Positions 19,056 to 29,153 of a stretch of DNA of 64,000 bases are shown here, piece by piece. The notes beneath the pieces were generated by a model, which did not search any database, was not told the DNA's origin, and was given only the letters and a program-made list of their open reading frames with translations. Positions within the stretch are counted from its first letter, which is position 1. Each line of letters opens with the position of its first letter. The stretch lies in NCBI GenBank assembly GCA_050951805.1, contig JBMNJT010000002.1, forward strand, positions 1,088,001 to 1,152,000, written 5' to 3'. The stretch is from Bacillota bacterium (GTDB lineage Bacteria > Bacillota > DTU025). Made by a program: the position numbers and the translations under genes.

Positions 19056-21053
19056 ATGACCGGTGAGATTCTGGGCGGACGATATTCCATACTCGACACC
19101 ATCGGCGAAGGTGGCATGGCCATAGTGTATCGGGCGAAGGATATGTTGCTCAACAGAGTAGTTGCCATCAAGGTGTTGCGGGGACAGTACGCCTCGGATT
19201 CCGAATTCAGGGAGAGGTTTAGACGAGAGGCCCAGAGCGCGGCGGCTCTGTCTCACCCTAACATAGTCAACGTATACGACGTAGGGGAGGATTCCGGTTC
19301 CAACTACATCGTCATGGAGTGGGTGGACGGCCAGACGCTCAACGATATCATTATGCGTGATGGTCGGCTTACCGTGGATGTAGTCGCAGATTACAGCGTT
19401 CAGATTCTTGATGCATTGGATCATGCGCACCGCAGCGGCGTTATCCATCGCGACATCAAGCCTCATAACATTCTAATAACGAGGGATGGTCGCGTTAAGG
19501 TGACGGACTTCGGGATAGCGCGCGCGGCATCGGCAAGTGCTCTTACCGAGGCAGGGCAGGTGATCGGCACTGTCAACTATACTTCGCCGGAGCAGGCCCG
19601 TGGAGCCTCCGCTACTGCCGAGTCAGACATATACTCGCTTGGCGTAGTGATGTATGAGATGCTTACGGGTAGGCTGCCATTTGTTGGGGATACTCCAGTG
19701 GCAGTGGCGCTCAAGCATGTGCAGGAAGACGCATTGCCCCTTTCGGTGTACAATAAGGCGGTGCCTGTGGAGTTCGAGCGAGTGGTGATGAAGGCGTTGG
19801 CCAAGGATCCGCAAGACAGATGGCATACGGCCAGGGCATTCAAGAATGCCATATTGCGTGCCCATCCCACAGAGGTCAAAAAGGTGCCCGATGGCCAACA
19901 AGTTGAGGATCTTCCGATGGCTTCCGGCAGTGAAGGGGCAGCTACACCCCATTCGCGCATTACCAATGGCGTAGATGATGACCTCAACATTACCAGGCCG
20001 TTTGACAAGGTTGGGGAGGCTTTCGAGTTGGAGAACGATCAGGAGACGCCTAAACGGGCAGATCGCCAGGCAAAGACATGGACCACGATTATCGTTGTCA
20101 TGTTGGTCGTGGCCGGTGCCGTTCTGGGCGCGCTCTATTCCTTCCGTCAATGGATTCAGGTGGAAGAAGTCGTAGTTCCTGACGTTGTTAACATGACGTT
20201 GCCGGATGCCGAAAGCCTGGCGCGTCGGAGTAGGCTTGCTTTGGATTCATCGGTAAAGCGCTACGACAACAAAGTCGAGTACAATCGCATTATCGAGCAA
20301 GATCCGCCTGCAGGCGCCAAAAGGAAGGTCCATTCGCCGATCAAGGTGATAGTAAGTCTTGGGCCTGAAATGGTGACGGTTCCCGATCTCTTTAACAAGT
20401 CCGAGAGGGAAGCCCGGCTTGAACTGGAACGTTCGAACTTAGTTCTTGGCGCCAAAAGCCAAGATTATCATGAGGATGTGAGGCCCGGGCGCATAGTCGA
20501 TCAGGAGCCGGAGGTCGGCACATACGTGCCGAGGGGCTCGACGGTGAACTATACCGTATCCATAGGCCCGCCACCGCCTCCGCCTGAGGTTCCGCTCGTA
20601 ATAGGAATGACTCTGGAGCGGGCCACGGATACTCTGAAGCGGGCGGGTTTTGCAGTGGGCGAGGTAAGGAAGAGGATAAGCATCCTCTACGAGGATGGCA
20701 CAGTCATAGAGCAGAACCCTGGGCCGTACCAGATGGCGGAAAGCGGAACCACGATCGACCTCGTGGTGGCTCAGAGATCTGGGTTTCCGTCTGCTTCCCC
20801 TTCTCAATCGGACGATGGCGGTGGCCAGATAGACATGTCGTATCGGCGTTATGATGTGACATATCAGGTTCAGCCGGGGTCTGAGGTCCAGGAGATAGTG
20901 ATCAAGGTGAATGATAGTTACGGGGAGCGAACAAGCTATGGCCCCCAATTGCACAGACCTGGGGATTGGATACGGCACACTGTGGAAGTTTACGGGCCCG
21001 GCAAGATCGAAGTGTGGGTAGACGGATACCCTGTGAAGACGGAAAATGTATGA
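19056..21053 (+). CDS. prkC: PASTA-domain Ser/Thr kinase (PrkC/PknB)
   Basis: GEGGM, VAIK, HRDIKPHN and DFG motifs; TM; three PASTA repeats. Confidence 0.96.
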   Translation: MTGEILGGRYSILDTIGEGGMAIVYRAKDMLLNRVVAIKVLRGQYASDSEFRERFRREAQSAAALSHPNIVNVYDVGEDSGSNYIVMEWVDGQTLNDIIMRDGRLTVDVVADYSVQILDALDHAHRSGVIHRDIKPHNILITRDGRVKVTDFGIARAASASALTEAGQVIGTVNYTSPEQARGASATAESDIYSLGVVMYEMLTGRLPFVGDTPVAVALKHVQEDALPLSVYNKAVPVEFERVVMKALAKDPQDRWHTARAFKNAILRAHPTEVKKVPDGQQVEDLPMASGSEGAATPHSRITNGVDDDLNITRPFDKVGEAFELENDQETPKRADRQAKTWTTIIVVMLVVAGAVLGALYSFRQWIQVEEVVVPDVVNMTLPDAESLARRSRLALDSSVKRYDNKVEYNRIIEQDPPAGAKRKVHSPIKVIVSLGPEMVTVPDLFNKSEREARLELERSNLVLGAKSQDYHEDVRPGRIVDQEPEVGTYVPRGSTVNYTVSIGPPPPPPEVPLVIGMTLERATDTLKRAGFAVGEVRKRISILYEDGTVIEQNPGPYQMAESGTTIDLVVAQRSGFPSASPSQSDDGGGQIDMSYRRYDVTYQVQPGSEVQEIVIKVNDSYGERTSYGPQLHRPGDWIRHTVEVYGPGKIEVWVDGYPVKTENV

Positions 21054-21933
21054 TATCGGTCGTATCGTAAGGATTTCTGGCGGGCTGTGTTGGGTGTTGC
21101 CCGACGGTGAACAGGAGACAGTTCCGTGCGTCGCGCGGGGCAATGTGAAGCGGCGCGAAGAGGGTGTAGCGGTCGGAGATCGCGTTAGGATACTGCGGCA
21201 AAACGGCACTGGCGTGGTCGAGGAAGTGTTGCCCCGACGCACATACCTTGTGAGGCCGACCGTGGCCAACGTGGACCAGGCAATAGTCGTTGCGGCAGCT
21301 GCACAGCCCGACCCTAACCCGTATCTTCTGGACAGGCTATTGGTCATATCGGAGTACGCGGGCCTTGATGCGGTGGTTTGCATAAACAAAGCGGATCTTG
21401 TGACGCGAGAAGAGTGCGAATCGTTGCTTCGTCTATACTCGGACATCGGCTACAAAACCATCCTCGCCAGCGCCCGGACCGGCCTTGGGCTAGAGGCTCT
21501 CTCTGCTGCACTTGCCGGAAACACATCGGTCTTTGCCGGACCGTCGGGGGTGGGCAAATCCGCGCTTCTCAATATGGTTCAGCCCGGGCACGACCTTGTC
21601 GAAGGAGAGATAAGCGAGAAGATCGGGCGAGGACGGCATACCACAAGGGAAGTGCGGCTCATTCCGCTCGATGTGGGAGGGTTTGTAGCCGACACTCCTG
21701 GTTTCTCCTCTTTGGACATTACCTCTATTTCGCCTCGCGAGCTTGCCCACGTGTTTCCCGAGATTTCCCGTCTTGCATCGGAATGCAAGTTCGTTGGATG
21801 CCTCCACGACAAGGAGCCGGATTGCGCGGTGAAGGAAGCTGTAGAGCGCGGCGTCGTAGATCCGGGTCGGTACGCACATTACCTCAGTTTCCTGGAAGAG
21901 CTTCGCGAGGCAGAGAAACGGCAGTACAGATAA
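21046..21933 (+). CDS. rsgA: Ribosome small subunit-dependent GTPase A
   Basis: NKAD, GPSGVGKS, GRHTT and DTPGF motifs; C-terminal CxxxxCxHxxxxxC zinc site. Confidence 0.96.
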   Translation: MYDIGRIVRISGGLCWVLPDGEQETVPCVARGNVKRREEGVAVGDRVRILRQNGTGVVEEVLPRRTYLVRPTVANVDQAIVVAAAAQPDPNPYLLDRLLVISEYAGLDAVVCINKADLVTREECESLLRLYSDIGYKTILASARTGLGLEALSAALAGNTSVFAGPSGVGKSALLNMVQPGHDLVEGEISEKIGRGRHTTREVRLIPLDVGGFVADTPGFSSLDITSISPRELAHVFPEISRLASECKFVGCLHDKEPDCAVKEAVERGVVDPGRYAHYLSFLEELREAEKRQYR

Positions 21934-22058
21934 TCGATACACCCTTGATGCATGGGGGCTTCTGGCTCTTTGAGCCGGCGGCGCGCCAGTGTTGCATATC
22001 GCGTTGCAGGGGGGATGGACGCGAGGCGTAAAGCCTGGGGCATGGACGATGAAAGCAG

Positions 22059-22757
22059 GTGTTGGATTTGATAAAGATAGCTCCATCTATTCTTTCCGCT
22101 GATTTTGGAATCCTGGCCGAGGAGATCAGAGGGATAGCCAATGACGCTGATATGATCCACATTGACGTAATGGACGGTAGTTTTGTGCCAAACATCACAC
22201 TTGGACAGCCGGTCGTAAGGCGTATCCGACAGGCTACAGATCTTCCTTTCGACGTGCACCTCATGATCGTCAATCCCGAAGAACACATAGATTCGTTTGC
22301 AGATGCTGGCGCAGATGCGATAACTGTTCATGCAGAGGCTTCTCGCCACCTCCATCGCACTTTGGAAGGGATAAGGCAGAGAGGCGTCAGGGCGGGTGTG
22401 GCCCTCAATCCCGCTACGCCTGTCTGCGCCATAGAGCATGTCTTGCACATGGTGGACATGGTGCTCGTCATGACTGTGAACCCAGGTTTTGGGGGCCAGA
22501 GCATGATAGTTGAGGCTCTAAACAAGGTGGAGGCCATAGCGGCACTGGCTCGCAGGAATGGCTTGAGCTTCGATATCGAGGTTGATGGGGGAATAAATGA
22601 CGAGACTATAGGTGCTGCCGCCCGGGCTGGGGCGAACGTCTTTGTTGCGGGCAGCTATGTATTTGGCGCCGAGAATCCTCGGGAGGCCATCGGTGTCCTC
22701 CGGGCGGCAGCCATTGCGGCGGCGGAAAGCTCGCAAAGAGCCCAGCAGATGATCTGA
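22059..22757 (+). CDS. rpe: Ribulose-phosphate 3-epimerase
   Basis: APSILSADF, HIDVMDG, VNPGFGGQ and VDGG motifs; start may be TTG 22068. Confidence 0.96.
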   Translation: MLDLIKIAPSILSADFGILAEEIRGIANDADMIHIDVMDGSFVPNITLGQPVVRRIRQATDLPFDVHLMIVNPEEHIDSFADAGADAITVHAEASRHLHRTLEGIRQRGVRAGVALNPATPVCAIEHVLHMVDMVLVMTVNPGFGGQSMIVEALNKVEAIAALARRNGLSFDIEVDGGINDETIGAAARAGANVFVAGSYVFGAENPREAIGVLRAAAIAAAESSQRAQQMI

Positions 22758-22910
22758 TTGCTTGAAGAGCGGCTAATTTCGCTGTACCTGCTTGCGCCCC
22801 TCTGTAGATGTACGGAGGGGTTTCCACGTACTTACAGAGATATTGCAAAGAGTGTATGTTATAATCATCCGTGCAGCTAAAAGGCCATATGCCAGAAAGG
22901 AGGCGGGGCC

Positions 22911-23513
22911 TTGAAGTTACCGGACATAAATATCAAAGTAGTGCTGGCAAGCGTGGCGGTGGCCGCGGTTCTTCTTTTTGGAGGGCGAGAAGTGTTTCTC
23001 AGGACCTCTGTTGCAATGCCAATGGATAGGGCTTTCGCTTCTATGTCCGAGATCGAATCGTATTCATTTGAGCGTTCGGCTTATGGCGCAGTAGTGGAAG
23101 TGAAGCTTGGCAACGTGGACGACCTTTCAGAGACTGTGAGGAAAGTAGAAGCGGCCGTAGCGAAGCTGCCTGCCGACGGCAGACTATGGGTGAGGATATC
23201 GGACACGCGTGACGTGCTTTTGCAGGATGTGTACTACAGAATGCACTTCGACATAGAGGAAGCGATAGCCACTGGATCTTTCTCGGACCTAAAGAGGCGT
23301 GCTGACGAGAAGGCCTGGCAGGCCGGGCTCTCAGGTTGTGTTGTTCAAGTGGATGCAGACAATGTTTATGTCAGCCTTGAAAACGGCGAGCACCGGCTTT
23401 ACGCAGTTGTATCGCGTGCGTCTGGAGCAGTCCAGGGCGGAACGGTTGTCCGATCCGACGCAAGATGGCTCTCTACCTGTTCGCCCCGGGGAAAGGCAGG
23501 CGTGGGCAGATGA
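22911..23513 (+). CDS. Hypothetical membrane-anchored protein
   Basis: SD AAGGAGG; one N-terminal TM; coupled to the next gene. Confidence 0.8.
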   Translation: MKLPDINIKVVLASVAVAAVLLFGGREVFLRTSVAMPMDRAFASMSEIESYSFERSAYGAVVEVKLGNVDDLSETVRKVEAAVAKLPADGRLWVRISDTRDVLLQDVYYRMHFDIEEAIATGSFSDLKRRADEKAWQAGLSGCVVQVDADNVYVSLENGEHRLYAVVSRASGAVQGGTVVRSDARWLSTCSPRGKAGVGR

Positions 23514-25000
23514 TAAGAGATGTGTTGATAGGCACAGGCATCGCTGCCTTCCTGTTCTGTATCGTGTATGGGTACGATGTGACCCCTATCATCTTTGCGG
23601 GCGGTCTATACGCTGCATTTGAGTTGATGATGTCAGGGCGGGTTGGCGATCGCAAGTTCGAGGTCATTCAAGAGGCAGAATCTGGCGGCAGGGTATCCAA
23701 GCTTACTTTTGGAGATGTTGGAGGTCAGGAGACTGCCAAACGAGAGCTAGTCGAAGCCCTAGAGTTCATAAACAACGAAGAAAAGGCGGTCAAGCTTGGC
23801 ATCAGACCCCTCAGAGGCATTTTGCTAAGCGGTCCTCCTGGAACCGGCAAGACGCTCCTGGCGAAAGCCGCGGCCAACTACACAGACGCCGTGTTCATTT
23901 CAGTGGCCGGGTCTGACTTCATAGAGATGTACGCAGGAGTTGGAGCCAAGCGCGTCCGGGATCTGTTTGGAACCGCGCGCTCCACTGCGCGTGCGTGCAA
24001 GAAGAAGACAGCAGTGATATTCATAGACGAAATAGATGTCTTAGGCGGAGTACGCGGCACGCATCAGGGGCACCTTGAGTATGATCAAACCCTCAACCAG
24101 CTCCTTGTAGAGATGGACGGGCTGACATCTGCTTCCCGCGAGGGTGTACGGGTCCTGGTGATCGGAGCGACAAACCGGGCGGACCTTCTCGATCCAGCGC
24201 TTCTTAGACCTGGGAGATTCGACCGCTTGGTAGATGTGGACCTCCCTGATAGGGAAGGAAGACGCCATATTCTGGAGATACACACCAGGCACAAGCCGCT
24301 CGCTGAGGATGTCGACATTGACAAGGTGGCTGCGGAGACTTACGGATTCTCCGGGGCTCACCTCGAAAGCTTGACCAATGAAGCGGCGATCATGGCGCTC
24401 AGGGCCGGGCGGGTCCGGATCACAATGAATGACTTTTCTGAAGCGATGGAAAAAGTGATCATGGGGGAAAGGATAGAGCGAAAGCCGGATGAGGAAGAGC
24501 TCCGGCGCGTCGCAGTCCACGAGCTTGGCCATGCTGTCGTGAGCGAGCTGCTCAAGCCAGGGTCAGTGGCGGCTGTAACAGTGTCCTCGCGCGGGAAAGC
24601 TCTGGGATACGTGAGACATGCTCCGAGGTCTGATAAATATATCGAAACAGCGGCAGAGCTCGAAGCCAGAATCAGCGTGCTTCTTGCCGGGGCGATGGCG
24701 GAAGAGCTGATTCTGGGGGAGCGAAGCACTGGGGCGTCACAAGACATCCAACAAGCGGTGGAAACTGCAAGGAAGATTGTTAACTGTGGCCTGTCGGATC
24801 TGGGGATCATAAGCGAGGAGGACATCCCTCGAGACCAATATCATACGGCCGTGACCAGGCTTGTTCAGGCTCAGGAGGAACGGGCAAAGTCGTTGCTCGT
24901 CCCCAATGCGGAATTTATCAGAAAGACTGCAGGCGAACTCATGTCAGTGGAGAAAATGAATGGGGATACTTTCAGGGCTGAGCTCTCGCAGACGGCCTGA
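23510..25000 (+). CDS. Short FtsH-like AAA+ zinc metalloprotease
   Basis: GPPGTGKT, FIDEID, LNQLLVEMDG, RPGRFDR and HELGH motifs. Confidence 0.9.
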   Translation: MIRDVLIGTGIAAFLFCIVYGYDVTPIIFAGGLYAAFELMMSGRVGDRKFEVIQEAESGGRVSKLTFGDVGGQETAKRELVEALEFINNEEKAVKLGIRPLRGILLSGPPGTGKTLLAKAAANYTDAVFISVAGSDFIEMYAGVGAKRVRDLFGTARSTARACKKKTAVIFIDEIDVLGGVRGTHQGHLEYDQTLNQLLVEMDGLTSASREGVRVLVIGATNRADLLDPALLRPGRFDRLVDVDLPDREGRRHILEIHTRHKPLAEDVDIDKVAAETYGFSGAHLESLTNEAAIMALRAGRVRITMNDFSEAMEKVIMGERIERKPDEEELRRVAVHELGHAVVSELLKPGSVAAVTVSSRGKALGYVRHAPRSDKYIETAAELEARISVLLAGAMAEELILGERSTGASQDIQQAVETARKIVNCGLSDLGIISEEDIPRDQYHTAVTRLVQAQEERAKSLLVPNAEFIRKTAGELMSVEKMNGDTFRAELSQTA

Positions 25001-25078
25001 TTGGGGTGGCACGAATCCGCTTTCGGCCGTCTCTGTCAGGCCGACAGCGGTGTGCTCGGACCTGTCGGAGGGTTTTGC

Positions 25079-26347
25079 ATGAAAGCGGAGATCATATCCG
25101 TCGGAACGGAATTACTCTTGGGCCAGACGGTGGACACCAACGCTGCGCATATCGCGAGATCGCTTGCCGGGTTGGGGTTCTCCCTATACAGAAAAACGAC
25201 TGTCGGCGATAATAGGGCGAGGCTCGCCACTGTGGTTCGCGAAGCGCTTGAGCGGGCTGATGTGGTGATCACTAGCGGTGGACTCGGACCCACCGAAGAC
25301 GACCTGACAAAGGAGACCGTTGCTGAGGTCCTCGGAATCCATCTCGTGGAGAGTCCCGAGGTCCTTTCGGATATCGAAGGGTTCTTTGCCTCCCGCGGTA
25401 CTCGCATGACAGCGAATAACAGGAAGCAAGCACTCGTGCCCGAGCCTAGCTCGGGCACGTTCTTTCGCAATGCGGTGGGCACAGCGCCAGCAGTGGTGTT
25501 CGAATCGGGAAAGAAGAGGGTCATCTGTCTTCCGGGGGTTCCTCGCGAGATGGCCTATCTCATCAACTCTGGCGTCGAGCCGTATCTCCGCGCCTATTTA
25601 ACGCGAAACGGCGCTGGTGAAGTCATCGTTTCCAGGATAATTCGAACCATAGGCATTGGCGAGGCTTCCCTGGAAGAACGTATACTCGATCTTGCTTGCG
25701 AGGGAGTTAACCCCACAGTAGCCATATATGCGAGCGAGGGAGAATGTCAGATCAGAGTCACGGCATGCGCCAGAGAAGAGAAGGAAGCTTGGATGTTAAT
25801 TGAGCCAGTAGAGAGGGAACTCGAGGCTAGGCTGGGCAGGTCCATATATGGGTACGACGACGACACCCTCGAAGTAGTTGTCGCCAGGCGCCTCATATCT
25901 GCTGGCGCAAGGCTTTCGGTCGCTGAGTCGTGCACTGGAGGACTCATATGCGGGATGCTTACAGGTGTGCCCGGATCTTCATCCTTTCTGGAGAGGGGAA
26001 TCGTGACATACAGCAACTCGGCGAAGAGAGATGAGCTTGGAGTGGACGAATCGACATTGCGCGTCCATGGTGCCGTAAGCCGTGAGACGGCTGTGGAAAT
26101 GGCGTGTGGGGTGGTTCGGACGGCACGGGCGGACCTCGGCCTTTCAGTAACGGGGATAGCAGGCCCCGGTGGCGGGAGCGCCGACAAGCCTGTGGGCCTT
26201 GTCTACTTCTGCCTGGCAGACACTGAGAAGACCTCTGTCATTACTGCTCGAATGATGTTCGGTGGTGACCGGCGTTCTGTGAGGACGCGAGCGTGCAAGT
26301 TCGGCCTCGATTTGCTCAGGAGGCATCTTGAGGATGCTTGGACATAG
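25079..26347 (+). CDS. cinA: Competence/damage-inducible protein CinA (NMN deamidase domain)
   Basis: G.ELL.G...DTN, GGLGPT.DD, AESCTGG and TGIAGPGG motifs. Confidence 0.95.
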   Translation: MKAEIISVGTELLLGQTVDTNAAHIARSLAGLGFSLYRKTTVGDNRARLATVVREALERADVVITSGGLGPTEDDLTKETVAEVLGIHLVESPEVLSDIEGFFASRGTRMTANNRKQALVPEPSSGTFFRNAVGTAPAVVFESGKKRVICLPGVPREMAYLINSGVEPYLRAYLTRNGAGEVIVSRIIRTIGIGEASLEERILDLACEGVNPTVAIYASEGECQIRVTACAREEKEAWMLIEPVERELEARLGRSIYGYDDDTLEVVVARRLISAGARLSVAESCTGGLICGMLTGVPGSSSFLERGIVTYSNSAKRDELGVDESTLRVHGAVSRETAVEMACGVVRTARADLGLSVTGIAGPGGGSADKPVGLVYFCLADTEKTSVITARMMFGGDRRSVRTRACKFGLDLLRRHLEDAWT

Positions 26348-26419
26348 GGGCAACGTTCCCGCATCCACAAATCACCCTCTTTTTGCTGGAGAATAGCCCT
26401 TACGGGCGATGACGCGGGT

Positions 26420-26446
26420 GAAGGATTCTCGGCTCTAATCTGGAAT
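26420..26446 (+). promoter_or_regulatory. Sigma-H-type promoter for thpR
   Basis: GAAGGA-N17-GAAT, perfect consensus. Confidence 0.65.
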
Positions 26447-26471
26447 CTGATACTGCAAAGGGGGGACGGCA

Positions 26472-27038
26472 TTGGATACTGTCCGAACATTCATAGCTGT
26501 GCCCGTAGCGGGCCCTGCAGCCCATTCGGTGGCGGATCTCGTTGACGAGATGCGCAAGGTTGGTGCGTCTGTCAAATGGGTTGAAACACGTAATCTCCAC
26601 TTAACGCTGAAGTTTTTGGGCGACGTGCCGTTGTCGCGCATTCCTGCTCTTGCCGGAGCTGTCAGGAAGGCAGTGGAGGGTGATACCAAGTTCGAAATGA
26701 CGTTGCAGGGAGCGGGGGCTTTTCCCGATGTCACCAGGGCGAGGACTCTGTGGGTAGGAGTTGACCGCGGCGCTCAGCGCCTTGCAGGGCTTGCCGAAGC
26801 CGTTGACCGGGCTACAGTGGATGCTGGATTTGCCCCTGCCGACAAGGCGTTCAGGCCTCACCTTACCATAGGCAGAGCGCGCGAACGCTCTGCGGACGCT
26901 GGTATATCGCGGATCATCTCCAAGAACGCCGACATCTATCTGGGCGCCGTCGATGTCGAGGCTGTCCACATCTATTCGAGCAAGCTTACGCCTTCGGGCC
27001 CCATCTACACGTCCCTGGCCGAAATCCCTCTTGAGTGA
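26472..27038 (+). CDS. thpR: RNA 2',3'-cyclic phosphodiesterase
   Basis: Two HxT motifs (HLTLKFLG, PHLTIGR). Confidence 0.93.
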   Translation: MDTVRTFIAVPVAGPAAHSVADLVDEMRKVGASVKWVETRNLHLTLKFLGDVPLSRIPALAGAVRKAVEGDTKFEMTLQGAGAFPDVTRARTLWVGVDRGAQRLAGLAEAVDRATVDAGFAPADKAFRPHLTIGRARERSADAGISRIISKNADIYLGAVDVEAVHIYSSKLTPSGPIYTSLAEIPLE

Positions 27039-27042
27039 CGAC

Positions 27043-27080
27043 CGAACATATGTGCGGTTATACGTGAAATGTGGTATGCT
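27043..27080 (+). promoter_or_regulatory. LexA (Cheo) box and extended -10 promoter of recA
   Basis: CGAACATATGTGCG at 27043-27056 (one mismatch to CGAAC-N4-GTTCG); TG-g-TATGCT at 27072-27080. Confidence 0.75.
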
Positions 27081-27224
27081 TTAGATGGGTTGTCCCCGCA
27101 TTGCTCAGAGAGAAATGCAGGACGTCTCTTGATCGTGTCGCTCCTTACACAGGGGCGCAGGTGAAATGAAACGAAATCGAATTAGACGTGCAAATGGGAT
27201 GAAATGCGGAAGGGGCGATGGGAT

Positions 27225-28322
27225 TTGAGCGACAGGGAAAAGGCGCTTGAGGTGGCGCTGACTCAGATTGAAAAGGACTTCGGGAAGGGGTCCATTATGC
27301 GCCTGGGCGAATCCGGTGGAGTGATGCAGGTGGATGCGATTCCGACTGGCGCAATAGCCCTTGACATCGCGTTAGGCGTTGGCGGCATGCCTCGCGGCAG
27401 GGTCGCCGAGATATATGGACCTGAATCATCGGGCAAGACCACTGTCGCGCTCCATGTAATCGCGGAGGCTCAGAAGCTTGGAGGGATCGCTGCATTTATC
27501 GACGCAGAGCATGCTCTCGATGCTACATACGCCAAGCGGCTTGGGGTGGACATCGACAACCTGCTCGTTTCCCAACCGGATACAGGAGAGCAAGCACTGG
27601 AGATTACCGAGGCATTGGTTCGTAGCGGCGCCGTAGACGTTATTGTAGTAGACTCAGTGGCGGCATTGGTGCCGCGATCGGAGATAGAGGGTGAGATGGG
27701 CGATTCCTTCGTCGGGCTGCAGGCGAGGTTGATGTCTCAGGCCTTGCGCAAACTGACCGGGGCAATATCGAAATCGAATACATGCGTGATATTCATCAAT
27801 CAGATCCGTGAAAAAGTGGGGATAATGTACGGCAATCCTGAAGTTACTCCGGGTGGTCGAGCCCTCAAGTTTTACTCGTCCGTACGCCTTGAGATCAGAA
27901 GGGTTGAGTCTCTGAAGCAAGGTTCTGAACAGATCGGAAACCGCACTCGTGGAAAGGTGGTAAAAAACAAAGTGGCGCCGCCTTTCAAGGAAGCGGAGTT
28001 TGACATAATCTACGGCGAAGGGATCTCGAAAGAGGGGTCTCTGCTTGATGTAGGTGAGGCCCAGGGGATCATCATCCGAAGTGGAACATGGTATTCCTAT
28101 GGCGATCTCAGGCTTGGGCAGGGAAAAGAGAATTGTAGGCAGTTTCTCAAGTCTAACCCGGAACTGGCGGCAGAAATAGAGGTCAAGGTGAGGGAGAGTG
28201 TTGGGCTTCCCCTTGCGGGGTCACCCGCGTCCGGCAGCGGGGCGGCTTCTGACGCCAAAGATGGCGGCAAGGACGCTGATGGCAGCGGCAAGAAGGACGG
28301 ACAGAGGAAATCAAAAAGTTGA
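27225..28322 (+). CDS. recA: Recombinase RecA
   Basis: [25 protein letters not shown] and GGRALKF motifs; TTG start gives MSDREKAL; no intein. Confidence 0.98.
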   Translation: MSDREKALEVALTQIEKDFGKGSIMRLGESGGVMQVDAIPTGAIALDIALGVGGMPRGRVAEIYGPESSGKTTVALHVIAEAQKLGGIAAFIDAEHALDATYAKRLGVDIDNLLVSQPDTGEQALEITEALVRSGAVDVIVVDSVAALVPRSEIEGEMGDSFVGLQARLMSQALRKLTGAISKSNTCVIFINQIREKVGIMYGNPEVTPGGRALKFYSSVRLEIRRVESLKQGSEQIGNRTRGKVVKNKVAPPFKEAEFDIIYGEGISKEGSLLDVGEAQGIIIRSGTWYSYGDLRLGQGKENCRQFLKSNPELAAEIEVKVRESVGLPLAGSPASGSGAASDAKDGGKDADGSGKKDGQRKSKS

Positions 28323-28939
28323 TGAACGGGGGCAGTGGGCGGCTGGATCTTCCAGGCGTCTCCGGGCAATCTGGCAAGCCAGGAGACGAACACTCCCCGG
28401 TCGCGAGATCATCCGGCCAGTCTTTGCCTTGGCATTCGGATTCCGACGTGAACGCGTCTTGCAGTCGCGCTCATAGCGACGCCCGGGCCCAAGCGTACAA
28501 GATCCTGTCAGTGCGCGCTCGCACAGAGAAGGAGCTGCGAGATGCCCTTTCTAAGAAGGGCCACGATTCCGCAGTCGTCGACGACATAGTTGGAGAGATG
28601 ATCCGTTGCGGGTACATCGATGATGTTGACGCGGCCCACCGGTGGGCCGCGATGTGCGTCGACGAGAGGCGCCATGGGGCGAAAGGGATCGCTATGCGGT
28701 TGGTGCGCCGGGGAATAGACCCCGATTTGGCTGATGAGGCTGCACGATCGGCATATTCAGCTGCAGGGCTTGAGGAGTTTGAAGTAGCTTTGGAGCTGGC
28801 CGAAAAGCGCGTAAAAGATGACGATCTGTGCGATGATAAGGCTCGCTTGCGTTCACAGAGACGTGTAGCCGGATTTCTTGCCCGCCGAGGATTTCGATCC
28901 GATACCATTGCGCGCGTTGTGCGCGAGCTATTTCGTTGA
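28319..28939 (+). CDS. recX: Regulatory protein RecX
   Basis: LS.RART.KEL, GY.DD and L.RRGF motifs; follows recA. Confidence 0.88.
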   Translation: MMNGGSGRLDLPGVSGQSGKPGDEHSPVARSSGQSLPWHSDSDVNASCSRAHSDARAQAYKILSVRARTEKELRDALSKKGHDSAVVDDIVGEMIRCGYIDDVDAAHRWAAMCVDERRHGAKGIAMRLVRRGIDPDLADEAARSAYSAAGLEEFEVALELAEKRVKDDDLCDDKARLRSQRRVAGFLARRGFRSDTIARVVRELFR

Positions 28940-28950
28940 TGGCATCTAGC

Positions 28951-28980
28951 TTGACATTAGCTGCAAACTACATATAGAAT
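28951..28980 (+). promoter_or_regulatory. Sigma-A promoter of rny
   Basis: TTGACA-N18-TAGAAT. Confidence 0.75.
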
Positions 28981-29153
28981 CATCGTTGGAGCCGGATGCT
29001 CAAGTTTGGTGCTCCGGAACTGCATCGCCGCAGGCGTGCTGTTCTTGCCGCCGCCTGTTTGAAGCCGAGTTACCGCTCGGCTTCAGCTATAATGCGTGAT
29101 TAGACCGACAATTCAACAATAGTCATTGGTTTGGTAAAGGGGGGTGGATTAGC

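Noticed and set aside
20567-20590. Poly-proline stretch in PrkC as a tandem repeat
   Set aside because: Ordinary inter-PASTA linker
20439-21446. Long antisense ORFs (also 29610-30482, 34668-35825, 42678-43517, 49806-50864, 60862-61761)
   Set aside because: Shadows of well-supported plus-strand genes in GC-rich sequence
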